Shown one piece after another: positions 28,736 through 45,155 of a stretch of DNA of 64,000 nucleotides. This DNA is from the human T2T-CHM13v2.0 reference genome, Homo sapiens. Under the pieces are notes generated by a model that saw nothing but the letters and a program-made list of their open reading frames with translations, had not been told where the DNA came from and did not search any database. A program made the position numbers and the translations under genes. The stretch is taken from the NCBI RefSeq assembly GCF_009914755.1, contig NC_060928.1. One strand, written 5' to 3'. The first letter of the stretch is position 1, and each line of letters opens with the position of its first letter.

Positions 28736-29139
28736 ATTTTCAACAATAGCTTTATATCACCAAGTAGAGAATAAGCAAAGAAACACAGTGAGGAAAGCAC
28801 ACAGGTCTTGACCTCATGTGGAGAATTATGGGAAACTTGCCATTGGTGTGTCCAGTCTGCACCCACACCTTTTGTGGGTGTGCTTGCATGGGGGAATCTA
28901 GGCATGTGCAGAAAAGATATACTGCAATTGAACAGGACTGGGAGGGTCTTTGGTCCCTTGGGGATGTTGAATAAACTGTGTTTTATGCCTGCCTCTGACA
29001 TGACCTATCACATGTAATCAGGTGTGAAATTTGTGACTTGTAGCATTATGCTGACACTCAAAAAGTTGTGAATTTTGGAGCATTTCTGATTTTGGGTTTT
29101 CAGATTTAGAAATATTCAAGCTGTATATAAGTATAAAGG

Positions 29140-29800
29140 TAGATAAAAGATTCAATTTATGCTTTCTTATTTTTCCTAAAAAATAAACAGAAAAAAACTC
29201 AACAGAATTGTCAACTATCTTATAAAAGAAACATTTATTGAATAAAACACATTGTGTCCCAGGCAAAACTGATAAAGAGAAACTAATCTCTGGAAATAAC
29301 TTGGTAAAGTTACTGTTATTTCAAATAAATAGAAAATTCTGGATTTCTACAGAAAAAAAAAACCTCACGATAACTTGGCAACTCATGATAAAGACAAAAT
29401 CAGGCTGGCTACAGCCTTACTTCTTCAGTGCTAGAAGATAGTGGCACATGCAGCAAATAACTGATAATCTAATTGTGTAACTAGAAAAGCTGTTTAAATA
29501 TAAGAATGACAAACATGAAACACAAAAGAAGTTGAGAAATTTAGTTTACTTGAATCATTATTGAAAATTAAAACTACTCGATGCCATAATCTATTTAATT
29601 AGAAGTTGCATCAAAATAAATAACTGGAATGGAGAAGCCATGATATAACAGAGAGGTGAAAAGAGGTGAAAATGCCTTGATGATTTTTAACTACAGAATA
29701 AAGGTCAAACTTGTAGGAATTCTGGTTATGGAAAAGACTATTGTATTGTTAACATTAAAATGTAAAAATAATAATTTGAAAATGAGAGTGTGAGAAGACT
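29140..29800 (+). mobile_element. Ancient L1M/HAL1 ORF1-like remnant (probably continues from ~25500-25830)
   Basis: A-rich degenerate sequence with aaaatcaggctggc ... tgctagaagatagtgg motif typical of old ORF1 regions. Confidence 0.45.
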
Positions 29801-29940
29801 AGAAAAAAAGCAAGCATAATGTAATCAATTTATTTTATTTCAATTCAAGAATTAAAAGGAACTATAACTTATATCTAAATATATAGATAATAGCTAAGTT
29901 TGTTAGCCAGAATTATAAAAGGAAATACTGAAAGGACTGA

Positions 29941-32595
<2,655 letters not shown>

Positions 32596-32609
32596 AAATA
32601 TCAATATAT

Positions 32610-33163
32610 TCTTAGCTGCAAGTAATAGAAACAAAATCCCAGTTCAATAGGTTTAGACCATGAGGAAAATTAGTTTTGTCACCCAAAAAGATCTTACAGA
32701 CAGATATCTAAGGTTGTTTAGTTCAGCAGCACAAGGACCTGGGTCCTGCGACCTTTCATCTCTGCCTGTCAGTGTGTAGCTTCCTTCCAGCTAGCTCTAC
32801 TCATTGTCATGCGATGACTGCAGTTTAATGTGTCACCCATTATATTACTATCACATTAATATACACAGGCCACACACAGGGAGATAATTTTCTCCTTAGT
32901 ATTTCTTTTGAAATTGAGAAAAATATTTTCCTCAAATATTCTCAGCAAATTTCTCCTACTGTCGCATTGACTATAATTATGTCACATACCTACACCAAAA
33001 CCAGTAACCTAGAAGGCAGATGGAATTCCCATGATTGGCTTATACTGACAGTACATCACCATGAGTAACAGGAAAATAGGAGGGTATTAAATAGACGTGT
33101 GATTTTTCAGCAAATAAGAATGGTGAGACTATCCATTGGTAGACAATTAGCAGTGACTTCACA
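32610..33163 (-). mobile_element. LTR33-like ERVL LTR remnant
   Basis: gctgcaagtaatagaaac ... cattgactataattatgtcacatacc ... catgattggctta ... ggtagacaattagcagtg pattern. Confidence 0.55.
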
Positions 33164-33479
33164 TGTTGTCATTAAAGAAAATTAGTTTTATCTATTCTTG
33201 GCCATAATGTATAAAAGTAATGTTTTTACCTGATTCTAAAAATTTGCTAAGACATCCAAAAGGTATTGAATAAAAATGGTGATGGCAAGCATCCTTAGTT
33301 CATTCTATTTGTAATGACTTGAGCACTTAACCACTTTGAATGAGCTTTGCTAGATTTTTGCTTCATAATATTTAAGAAGTTTTATTCAATGCATACTTTA
33401 TCAAAAGTACAAGCTTCTAATAAAGTAGAAAACAGGAGCAACAAAAATGGCATAAAGAATAAATAAATTAAAAATAAGA

Positions 33480-34600
33480 ATTCTTGAAAGACTATTATAA
33501 TAATTTTCTCTTGCTCCAAATAACGGGAAGGGACAAGACATACTTGAATACATTGGAAGACACTCCTAATATTTGGATAATAATTTTTCCTGTTGTAAAG
33601 ATGTGAATTATTTCTAAATTAATTTGTAAAATATGCCATCCCAATAAAAACAAGACATTTTTAAATTTATATGATTATATATTAATATAATGGCCAACTG
33701 GAATGATATACATGGAAGAATAGTCAGGAGACCTGCAAAGCTGAGTGCGGAGCAGGATAGAGTTAGCTGTGCCAGAGAATAACGCTAGAAGTAGGGCTTT
33801 AGCCACTAAAGTAGGATGACGCTTGTTTTTGATTAGATAGACAGAAAAATGGAACAGAAACATGTCTAAAGACACATGGACATGTAGAATATTTAAAAAT
33901 TGCCATTTTATTCCAGAGATGTAAAGGTGAGTTATTTAACAAGTGTAAAATAAATGTAAAGATTGATAGATATTAGATAAAATATAAGCAGATTACTTAC
34001 TTTCATATCTGTGAATAATTTCTGAAAGAGGAAAGATGTAAATATTCAAAATGAGAAACCATAACATACTGGAAAAGGCTAGTGTTCAATTTTTTAAATA
34101 GTTTTGCAGGAAGAGATGTAATTTCTAAGTATGTCCCCAAATCTCAGATTCACAAAGATAACAATGAACAAATTATACAAAATATTTTTAATTATATAAG
34201 CCAATGAAATCTTATAAGGTTTTACATAAGTCAAAAGACAACTGAAAAATTAGAAAAAAATGTTGCCATTCACTTGACAGAAAAGAAGTGTCAACATACA
34301 GCTTTGAAAAGTTAAAAAGATGACTTATATACAAATAGATAAACATGTCTCAAATATATAGTTAGCTTGTTAATGAACTAACCAAGTGTTAAAAAATTCT
34401 ATTTTGACATTTGGTAATTTTCTTAGTATAAAATGAACTCTTGAAAATAAAAAGAAAAGACCCTTTGAAAACATATGCAAGGGACATACAAGAAAGTTGA
34501 CAAAACAAAGTAACAATATTTAACAACTATATTAAAAAATTTTAACCTCATTTATAATTAAGAAAATAAATAGGGACAAAGAATAAAGGCAACAAAGTCA
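33480..34600 (+). mobile_element. Ancient L1ME-type ORF2 3' fragments
   Basis: Highly decayed A-rich ORF2-like segments (atagacagaaaaatggaacagaa, ttatttaacaagtgt). Confidence 0.45.
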
Positions 34601-34641
34601 CTAAAATATGAATTTCACAGAAACTTAGACACATTTTATTA

Positions 34642-34864
<223 letters not shown>

Positions 34865-35900
34865 AAAAGTAATTGGTCAACTCCCTGGACAGCTGACTTG
34901 AAGAAAACTTCTAAAATTGATTATTCTAAGTAAACTTTCTTTAACGTTTCTATTTCTAGACCTCTCCATTATGTTTCTTTATATTGCAAGTGTCTGCAGA
35001 AACACTTTACTAATGTAACACTGTTATTTCAGACTTTTTAAGCTTTAAAAGGATTCTTGGAACTGTTGCTGTCGTACGCTAAATAATAATTATCAACATC
35101 TTTACTTTCATTTCTTGTGTAAAATAAAATCATTCCCAGTAATACTTTATTTTAATTTGCTGAAGATAAAGATTGATGTGAATAAACATTGGTTTGTGAA
35201 AATATTTGTTATCTAATCTATTTTAGTTTATGAGAATTTATAAAAAAAAATAAAATTACCACACATAAAAACAAATAACCACACATACTTATATTCTGTT
35301 CACAGGATCTGTAAATCTTCCACTGAACCTCAAATTAATTATAAATTGTAAAAGTTTTTTTCTGTTACTTTTCTAGTTAAATCAAAACACATTCATAAAC
35401 AAAGGAAGACAATAAAAGTGTACTTAAAGTTATGGTTGTTATTATAAGCATTGCAGACATAGGCATTCAGCAATATCTTCATTGTATTTAGACATCTGTT
35501 TAATAACAATGTCAAAACTTGGTCATAGTTTTCCCAATGGTATTAACAAACTGAAGACTTTCTAAAGGAAAGAGCTACATTGACCTAAAAGACAATCTTT
35601 ATGCAAAAGTTGAGGCTACAGCAATTAAGAAACTAGAGATATAAAGAGATGTTTCATAGTTAAACATAGATTTTTTTCTGTCTCCTCATTCTTTCTCCTT
35701 CATTTTTGGAGAAGTTCTAAAAAGTGGAATTACAAGAACAAAAGTTGTGCACCCTTACATTTTTATATGTTACTGTTTCTTAGCCTTCATTCTCCTAATT
35801 GTCAGGCATGAGACGAAGGCTTGGGTGCACATGATTAATTTGGAAATATAATCCGAGGAAGCAGGAATGCAGGACAGGATAGTAAAACAAAGAGGAAAAG

Positions 35901-36300
35901 TGTGTTAATTCATTCTTGCGTTGCTACAAAGAAATACCTGAGACTGAGTAATTTATAAAGAAAGGAGGTTTAATTAATTCACAGTTCTGCAAACTGTCAG
36001 GGAGTATGGTGCTGGCATCTGCTTGGCTTCTTGTGGGGCCTCAGAATGCTTCCAATCATGGTGGAAGGCAAAGGAAGAGCAGATGTCTCATACTGTGAGA
36101 GCAGGAGCGAGAGAGAGAGAGTGGGGAAGTGCCACGCACTTTATACAGCCAGATCTCAAAAGAACTCACCACCACGGAGGACATCACTAGGCCATGATAG
36201 ACCCACTCACATGATCAAAACACCTCCCACCAGGTCCCACCTCCAACACTGGGGAATACATCTCAGTACAAGATTTGGAAGGGGCATCCAAACTATATCA
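35901..36300 (-). mobile_element. MST (MSTA/B) solo LTR, inside an older ERVL-type LTR remnant (~35800-36700)
   Basis: tgtgttaattcattcttgcgttgctacaaagaaatacctgagactg ... catccaaactatatca. Confidence 0.88.
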
Positions 36301-36830
36301 AAAGGAAATGTATATCAAAAGGAAAACTGTATCAAAAGGAAATAAGAATATATTATTCAGAGGCACCACTTCAATCTCTGGTGCTAGATCTGCTAGCAAC
36401 CGTATGATAAAATGTAGGAAATGATTCTCAGTGCTTTCTCCCATGGCATAAATTTGCTTCTTTCCCCATTAGTTAAGGGTGGCCCTTCAGATTTTAACTC
36501 CCTCTCACTTGCAGACTTCGCAGAGAAGGATGCCTTTGAAAACCCTCACCTGGTCATCACAGAAGCTCATATCTCAAAGCAAGAAAGATGCAGTAAAGCC
36601 AGATGTAAAAGGTTGTTAACTGTACCTGAACAAAACTAGCAGTGGTATCAAAAGTGACAGGTGGGGTTGAGAGGAATTTCAGGTGACATAGAAAAGTCCA
36701 ATAAAATTGCCAACTTTGCCTTCAATGAAGTTATTCTAATTCAGATTTCCACCAGCAGAGTATGTTAACATCTGTACACGTACACATGCATGTGCATACA
36801 CACACAGAGAGAGAGAGAGAGTAGTATTAT

Positions 36831-37214
36831 TGTCTTAGTTTTGTGCTGCTATTACAGAATATGAGATTGGGTAATTTCTAAAGAACAGAAATCCATTTAT
36901 TTCCTCTCAATTCTGGAGACTGGGAATTTCAAAACCAAGGCACTGGTATCTGGTCAGGGCATTCTTCTTGTGTTATACATGGCAGAAGGCATCACATGAG
37001 TGAGAGGGAGTAACAGGGGGCCCAACTGTCCTTTTATAAGAAACCCACTCCCATGATAACAAAGACATCCCATGATTACTGGTATTAATTCATTCATGAG
37101 GGTGGTGCCTTCGTGACTCAAAACACCTCCTGTTAGACCTCACCTTCTAATATACCACATTCAGGATCAAGTTTCCAGTACATAAACTTTAGGGGACACA
37201 TTCAAACCATATCA
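36831..37214 (-). mobile_element. MSTC/MSTD-like MaLR solo LTR
   Basis: tgtcttagttttgtgctgctattacagaa ... ggacacattcaaaccatatca, with perfect TSD attat (36826-36830 / 37215-37219). Confidence 0.88.
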
Positions 37215-37552
37215 ATTATTCTTCTTAATCTTGGGATGATTGAGAAATATGGATCTTATTCTTCTAATTAATGTGAGATTTTTAAGTGTTAGTAGTCCTT
37301 TACCATTTAAATGATCTTTACTCAAAATAGTAACTATGGCTACTGAGAATACTGTTGGTTAATGTTCACTGCTTACAAGACAGGAGGCAAACTTAACTAT
37401 AAACAATAGTCTATTTTTGCTGTCAGCCCATTATGAGGAATTATCACTAAGGTACATTTTCAAACGAATTAGATTCTTTCTTAAGATAGTTTCATCAAGA
37501 AGAAAATAGAATGAGTTTAGGATAATAGATTATCAGCTTATATTGAAATCCT

Positions 37553-40500
37553 GGCTCCTGCTCCAAGATGGCCAAATAGATGCAACCAGAGGGAACATCT
37601 CCCATTGAGGGGCTGGGACATCATGAAGACTTGCCACTCCTAGCAAATCTTCAGAGGAAAGGCACTGAGAGCAAGGAGGGAAGACAGATGCTAAGCTGAA
37701 GGGGGAGGAAGCTGGGTACCCTGCCCAGGGCTACTGTGCACCACCACTCATTCCTGGCTTCCAGGGACTCCTGCAGAGGGTGTGAGTTGAGTGAGCAAGG
37801 AGCAAGCTGCTGTCCTCACTGGCCTCTGGAATCTCAGAAGGAAGAGACCCTTTGACCACCATGGAAACTTGACTTGGTAGGGAGTGCTGCTTAGATAAGT
37901 GGTATGGGCACAACTTCAGCCAGTGTGGAACCCAGTGGTGGAGCATGGCCAGGGATGCCCATCCCCCTAGCCTCGACTTGCTGTCATTGGAGACTTTAGC
38001 CCTAGAGGAACTGTAGGGCCTGAACTCTGCAAGTCAGTCTTGCCCATGAGAGGAGGCCAGTCCAACTTGAGCACCCCCAGTCGGCTGGCCTCTCTCAGGG
38101 CCCAAGCCTGACTGCACCTAGTACAGAGACCAGGAACCTCCTTGGGGCCCCAAGCTCTTGTGCTGGTGGACCTTGCCTGAGCTCTGCAGTAGAGCAGCCC
38201 GCAGGCATGCACCAGTTGGCCTGGGCCCTCCCCACACTGCAGCCTCCCCTGTGCTGTGGTTTAATCTTCATGCACTCGCCTATGGCCACCCCCTACATTG
38301 CTTTGCTGGTGTGTGTGTGCGTGGGCAGACCTTGCCTTCTCTTTCCCACCACTGTGCATGAGCCACCTACACCCTACGGTGCCACTGCTGTGGGCCTGAG
38401 TGTACCCAACCCCCACTGCCCACTGCACTGCTGTTGTCCTTGGCAGCAGGGAGCCCTCCAGCCCTTTCCTCACCAGTGCACAGGCTCTGTGCCAACACTG
38501 CCACCTGCAAGTCATGAAACTATGCATGGAGAACAGTGGACCTGTCCCTGCCCTGAGCAGTTATCACGGCCAGCATGAACATCCACAGAGGGCACACACA
38601 GTCCTGCACACACCAGCGACCCGCCCCTGTGCTAACATCACCACTGGAGTGAAGGTGTGCACAGTCCCTGGTGGGGCCTCACAATGCCTGTAGCCCTTCT
38701 GCCACTGCCACTGCTGCGAATGCCCACATGGAAGCCAGCACCCGGCACCTGCTAGCACCCAGCCATAGCCCAAAAGCATGCACCCTGCCACACTGCCTAT
38801 GCTGCTGCTGCTGACAGGTGGGAAGGAGGAGGGATCCCACTGCCACCGCCCTACGAAGTACTTTGAGCTGAACTGAAGGAGACTGAGACACAAAAAAACA
38901 TTCAAGAGACCCACAAATCCAGGAGCTAGTTTTTTGAAAAACTGGATGGACCACTAGCTAGACTAATAAAAAAGAAAAGAGAGAGGATCCAAATAAACAC
39001 AATTAGGAACAAAAAGGGGATAATACCACTGTCACCACAGAAATACAAATAACCAGCAGAGACGACTATGAACACCTCTTTGCATACAAACTAGAAAATC
39101 TAGAAGAATTGGATAAATTTCTGAACACATACACCCTCCCAAGACTGAACGAGGAATAAACTGATTCCCTGAACAGACCCATAACAACTCCAATATTGAA
39201 TCAGTAATAAACAGCCTACCAACGAAAAGAAGCCCAGGACCAGACAGATTCGCAGCTGAATACCCGATATATATACCAGATACAAAGGAAGATGTGGTAC
39301 CATTCCTACTGAAACTATTCCAAAAAATTGAGGAGAGACTTCTCCCCAACTCATTCTATGAGGTTAGCATCTTCCTGATTCCAAAACAAGGCAGAGACAC
39401 AGAAAAAAAAAAAAGAAAAAGAAAAAAAAAGAAAACTTCAGACCAATATCCTTGAATACTGATGCAAAAATCTTCAACAGAATACCAGCAAACCAAATCC
39501 AGCAGGACGTCAAAAGGCTAATCCAGCACAATCCAGTAAACTTTATTAGTGGGATGCTAGGTTGGTTCAACATATGCAAATCAATAAATATGATTCAACA
39601 CGTAAACACACAAAGTCACATGATTATTTCAAGAGACAGAATAGCTTTCAATAAAATTCAATATTTCTTCATGTTAAAAAACTCTCAGTAAACTAGGTAT
39701 AGACAGAACATACCTCAAAATATTAATAATAAGAGTCATTTATGACAAACCCACAGCCACCATCATGCTGAATGGCAAAAGCTGGAGGCATTTCCTTTGA
39801 AAACCAGCACAAGACAAAGATGTCTTCTCTTGCCACTCCTATTCAACATAGTATTGGAAGTCCTGGCCAGAGCAATCAGGCAAGAGAAAGAAAGGCATCC
39901 AAATAGGAAGAGAGGAAGTCAAACTATCCCTGTTTGCAGATGACATAATTCTGTATTGAGAAAACCTTATAGTTTTGGCCCAAAAGCTCCTTAAACTGAT
40001 TAACATCCTCAGCAGAGTTTCAGGATACAAAATCAGTGAACAAAATTCCCTAGCATTCCTGTATACCAACTACCACCAAGCTGAGAGTCAAATCAGGAAA
40101 GCAATTCCATTCACAATTGCCACAAAAAGTAAATAATACCTAGGTATACAGCTAACAAGGGAGGCAAAAGATCTCTACAGTGAGAATTACAAAACACTGC
40201 TCAAAGAAATCAGAGATGATACAAACAAATGGAAAAACACTCCATACTCATGGATGGGAAGAATCAATATCTTTAAAATGTCCATACTGCCCAACCAATT
40301 TGCGGATTCAATGCTATCCTATCAAACTGCCAATGACATTCTTCACAGAACTAGAAAAAACTATTTTTAAAATTCTTGTGGAACCAAAAAGGAGCCTGAA
40401 TAGCCAAGGCAATCCTAAGTAAAAAAGAAAAAGGTGCAGGCATCATATTACCTGACTTTCAAACTGTGCTGTAGGGCTACAATAACCAAAAGAGCATACT

Positions 40501-42535
40501 GATGCAATAACAGACACTGATCAATGGAACAGAATAGAGAGTCCAGAAATAATGCTGCACACCTACAACTATCTGATTTTCAACAAAGCTGACAAAATCA
40601 AACAATGGGGAAAAGACTCTTTATTCAATAAATGGTGCTGGGATAACTGGCTAGCCATGTGCAGAAAATAGAAATTGGACCCCTTTCTTACACCATATAC
40701 AAAAACCAATTCAGTATGGATTAAAGACTTAATGTAAAACTACAAACCATGAAAATTCTGGAAGACAACCTAGGCAATACCATTCTGGACATAGGAACTG
40801 GCAAAAATTTCATGACAAAGATGCCAAAAGCAATTGCAACAAAAGCAAAAATTGACAAATGGGATTAAACTAAAGAGCTTCTGCACACCAAAATAAACTA
40901 TCAAAAGAGTAAGCAGACAACCTACAGAATGGGAGAAAATATTTGCAAACTATGCATCTGACAATGGTCTAATATCCAGCATCTATAAGGAAATTAAACA
41001 AATTTACAAACAAAAAACAAATGACTCCATTAAAAAGTGGGCAAAGGACATGAACAGACACTTTTCTTTCTTTTTAAGATTATTATTAATTTATATATCC
41101 ATAGGTTATTGGGGGAACAGGTAGTGTTAGGTTACAGGAGTAAGTTCTTTAGTGGTGATTTGTGAGATTTTCGTGCACCCATTACCCAAGCAGTGTATAC
41201 TGAGCACAATTTGTAGTCTTTTATCTCTCATCACCCTCCCACCCTTTTCCCCTGAGTCCCCAAAGCCCACTGTGTCATTCTTATGCCTTTGCATCCTCAT
41301 AGCTTAGCTCCCATTTATAAGTGAGAACATATGATGTTTGGTTTTCCATTCCTGAGTTACTTTACTTAGAATAATTATCTCCAGTCTGATTCAGGCCTCT
41401 GTGAATGCCATTAATTCATTCAAGGAAGCTTTTTCTTCTTCTTAGTCTCTCAGGAACCACTGGGGTTATTAGATTATGAGAGTCAAATCCTTGGTTTTAT
41501 TTAACTCTCCTCTCTCTGTTTGTCAAGCACAATTTTTGTGTTTTTATAATTTGTTATGTTTCTTTAAACAGAGGGCAGAGCATGACCACACCAAAAATGT
41601 AAAGATAAACTGATATTGACAGCTTACTTTGTATCCATTCCTCTCTAATATTAATAGTTTGACTGGAGGTGAGAATAGCTTGCTATAAACACAGTCCCAG
41701 GAGTCCTCATTCAGCTTCAAGTATGTGTCTGTGTGTGTGGAACAGACACATTTCAAAAGAAGACATACATGCAGCCAACAAGTATATGAAGAAAAAAGCT
41801 CAATATCATTGATCAGAGAAATATAAATAAAAAACACAATAAAATATTATCTAACACCAGTCAGAATGGCTCTTATTAAAAAGTCAAAAAATAACAGATG
41901 CTGGTGAAGTTGCAGAGAAAAAGGAACGCCTATACAATGTTGGTGAGGTTATAAATTAGTTCAACCATTGTGGAAAGCAGTGTGGCAATTCCTCAAAGAG
42001 CTAAAAACAGAACTACCTATTGACCCAGCAATCCCATTACTGGGTATATAACCAAAGGAATATAAATTGTTGTATCATAAATACAAATGCAGCACTATTC
42101 ACAGTAGCAAAATAGGATGGAATCAACCAAACTGCTCATCCATGGTAGACTGGATAAAGAAAATATGGTACATATACATCATAGAATACTATGCAGCCAT
42201 AAAAAGAATGAGATCAGATCCTACATAGATGGAGCTGGAGGCCATTATCCATAGCAAAATAATGTAGGAACAGAAAACCAAATACCTCATATTCTTACTT
42301 ATATGTGGGAACTAAATAATGAGGACACAGGAACACGAAGAGGGGAACAACAGACACTGGGACCTACTGGAGAATGGAGGGTGGGAGGAGGACAAGGAAC
42401 AAAACAAAAAATAACTATTGGGTTCTAGGCTTAGTACCAGTGTCATGAAATAATTTGTACAAAAAATCCCCATGACACAAGTTTATCTACATAACAAACC
42501 TGCACATGTACCCCTGAACCTAAAAGTTAAAAAAA
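37553..42535 (+). mobile_element. L1PA15/16-like LINE-1 with 5' UTR joined directly to mid-ORF2 (ORF1 and EN missing)
   Basis: ccaagatggcc start, GC-rich 5' UTR to 38865, then ORF2 (agctgaactgaagg ... tttgcagatgac), and 3' UTR ending cacatgtacccctgaacctaaaagttaaaaaaa. Confidence 0.9.
41067..41739 (-). mobile_element. Nested chimeric insertion: L1PB1-like 3' end (41067-41421) plus ~318 bp of non-L1 sequence
   Basis: Flanked by 15-bp TSD gaacagacacttttc (41052-41066) / gaacagacacatttc (41740-41754). The host L1 resumes exactly after it. Confidence 0.88.
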
Positions 42536-42988
42536 TCCCTAATTTCAATATAAAACTCAACAAATATTTATTGAGGTGTCTGTTGTGTGTGAGAAATATA
42601 ATATGTTTTATGAATATTCAGATTGCAGCATTATTTATAAAAGGAAAATAGTGAAAACTGCTTAAATGACCACTAAAAGGAGATTTTAATACTATTAAAT
42701 ACTACTAGATTTGTGTATTACTGTGCAGCCAATAAAAATAATGATGCATATTCCCCTTTACTGAAATGACAAGATATCTGTAACATATGGTTAAGTAAAA
42801 ATAATTTATGTATAACATATTTATCACATTTTATTTTGTGTAGAAAGACAAAAGCATGTGTGTATATATAAACAGTTGAAATTTTGGTGACATGTTTCAA
42901 ATTAGAAGGCAAGGTTATCTCCAGGATATAGGATTGTAAGTAATTGTCACATTCTGCCTTATAGTTTTCTATATCTCCTAAATCTTTT

Positions 42989-43311
<323 letters not shown>

Positions 43312-44099
43312 TAAATCTTTTATCAAAGAGTTTTTTTATTTTATAATTTGAAGAAGTTTATTATTGTTTAAAAGTACATTATTCTTTCTCTGTGATTCCC
43401 ATTTTAACATTGGTTCACACAATGAACAATTTTGGTGTTGGTAAGAGAAGACTTTTGAGTGCAAATTTAAAGTGTCCAATTAAAAAGAACGTTAATCACA
43501 AGGGTATCTGTAGGTCAACTTAAGTACGTGACAGAAGATCTGAAAAATTATACAAATATTTGTTAGATCCATCCCTTCATTAGCTAAGTCAATGGATATC
43601 TACTGGGTCTACCATATACCCATTGTTATAATGTGGGAATTCTCATAGAAAAATGAATAGAACAGCCATTATTCCTCTTCTTTGCCTGGCTAGCTCCTAG
43701 TTATCCTTCCTTCAAGATTTACCCTAAGCATCACCTTCTCTAATACATCACAATACATTCCCATTGTTATGGGAAGAAGAGATGAATTAACCGTTTAAAT
43801 GGCAAGTGATAAGTATGCAGGGGACATATAGGAGGAATATTAGACTCTGATGCTTGGTCATTGTATTAAAGGATGGTTGAGTAGAAGTTATACAGTCAAA
43901 TAAAAGTTAGGAGAATAATAGATATTTAAAGCAAGAGAAACAGAATATGCAAAGGCTCTGAGTTTTTGAGGAAACATGGGAATGTAGGAAAACAGTTGTA
44001 CACATGATATAAGAGAGAAACAAAGGTCAGCATTAAAGAGTTGTAAGTATTTTAGAGAAAAAAGTATAAGAGGAAATGAACACGCCAGAAATCAGAGTT

Positions 44100-45155
44100 C
44101 ATCCTTGGCCTTCCCTCTATTTCCATATCATCAAGTGGTACTGATTTTCCTCTTATGTATCTCAGTATATGCTTCTTCATCTCTACCACCAATACTCTAC
44201 TCCAAGTGTCTTAGTTTGCTTGGTCTGCCATAACAAAATTTCATACACTGGATGGCTTAAATAACAAGCATTTATTTTCTTGCAGTTCTGGAGGCTGGAA
44301 AGTCCCAGCTTAAGTTTCTGGCAGAATTCTGGTTCTGGTGAAATCTCTTTTTCCTGGCTTGGAGATGGCCACTTTCTCGCTGTGTCTTCAATGGCAAAGA
44401 GACAGATCTCTGCTATTCTTTTCTCTCTTTTATAAAGATGCCAGTATCCCTATATCAGGGCTCCAGCTTTATGACCTTATTTAACCTTGATCACTTGTTT
44501 ACAGGCCCTGTCTTCAATAGAGTCACAAGGAGTTTAGGGATTTAGGGCTTCAACATAAGCATTTAGAGTGGTGGCGAGGGCCACATTGCAGTCCATAACA
44601 CTAAGTTCTTATTATTTCTTGCCAGAATTACTAAATTATTCTTTCTAACTGATCAGCCCATATCCTCCCTTGATTCTGTCAAAATTTTTCTCATTGCAGC
44701 TGGAATCTTCTTTTTAAAATGCACATCACTATCTTGCTGATGATAACTAAATGGTTTCCCATTAGTTTCAGAATAAAAACACATCTTTAAAAACTCTGCC
44801 TGCAATGCTCTGTATGGCTCTGTCCTCATGTGCCACTCCAGTCTTATCTTCACCATTTCCTAATGCACTCTCTGTCTCCAGCCCTGGTCTTTAATATCCA
44901 TGCCCCTCCCTACACCACACTGCCTTTGACCGTGGTTTTTTTCCTATGGGGAATGTTCTGTCTCCCACAGTTTTCTTTGCCTACTGAGTCTACTATTTCT
45001 TTGGAACTTAGCAATAATTATTGCATCCTCACTAAGCTAAACCTCATGAGGGAGGGGACTATGCCCATTTTGCTTGTGTTGTATTCACAGTTCCTATTAG
45101 GGAGGCTGGTGCTTGGCTGGGGTTCAATGAAGTATTTTAATAGGTTAATTAATGA
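44100..45155 (+). mobile_element. L2 element interrupted by MLT1A
   Basis: L2 motifs on both sides of the LTR (ttctctaactg, ctttttaaaatgcacatc, ctcatgagggagggactatg). Confidence 0.65.
44207..44600 (-). mobile_element. MLT1A-type solo LTR
   Basis: tgtcttagtttgcttggtctgccataacaaaa ... cagtccataaca, with TSD ccaag / ctaag. Confidence 0.88.

Larger units (their letters stand above)
26135..29123 (-). mobile_element. Tigger4/Zombi (TcMar-pogo) DNA transposon, essentially full length, interrupted by an Alu
   Basis: MER46/Tigger4-type ends (tatctgaaatgcttgggaccagaagt ... ggagcatttctgattttgggttttcagatttagaaatattcaagctg followed by TA). Degenerate transposase on the minus strand. Confidence 0.88.
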
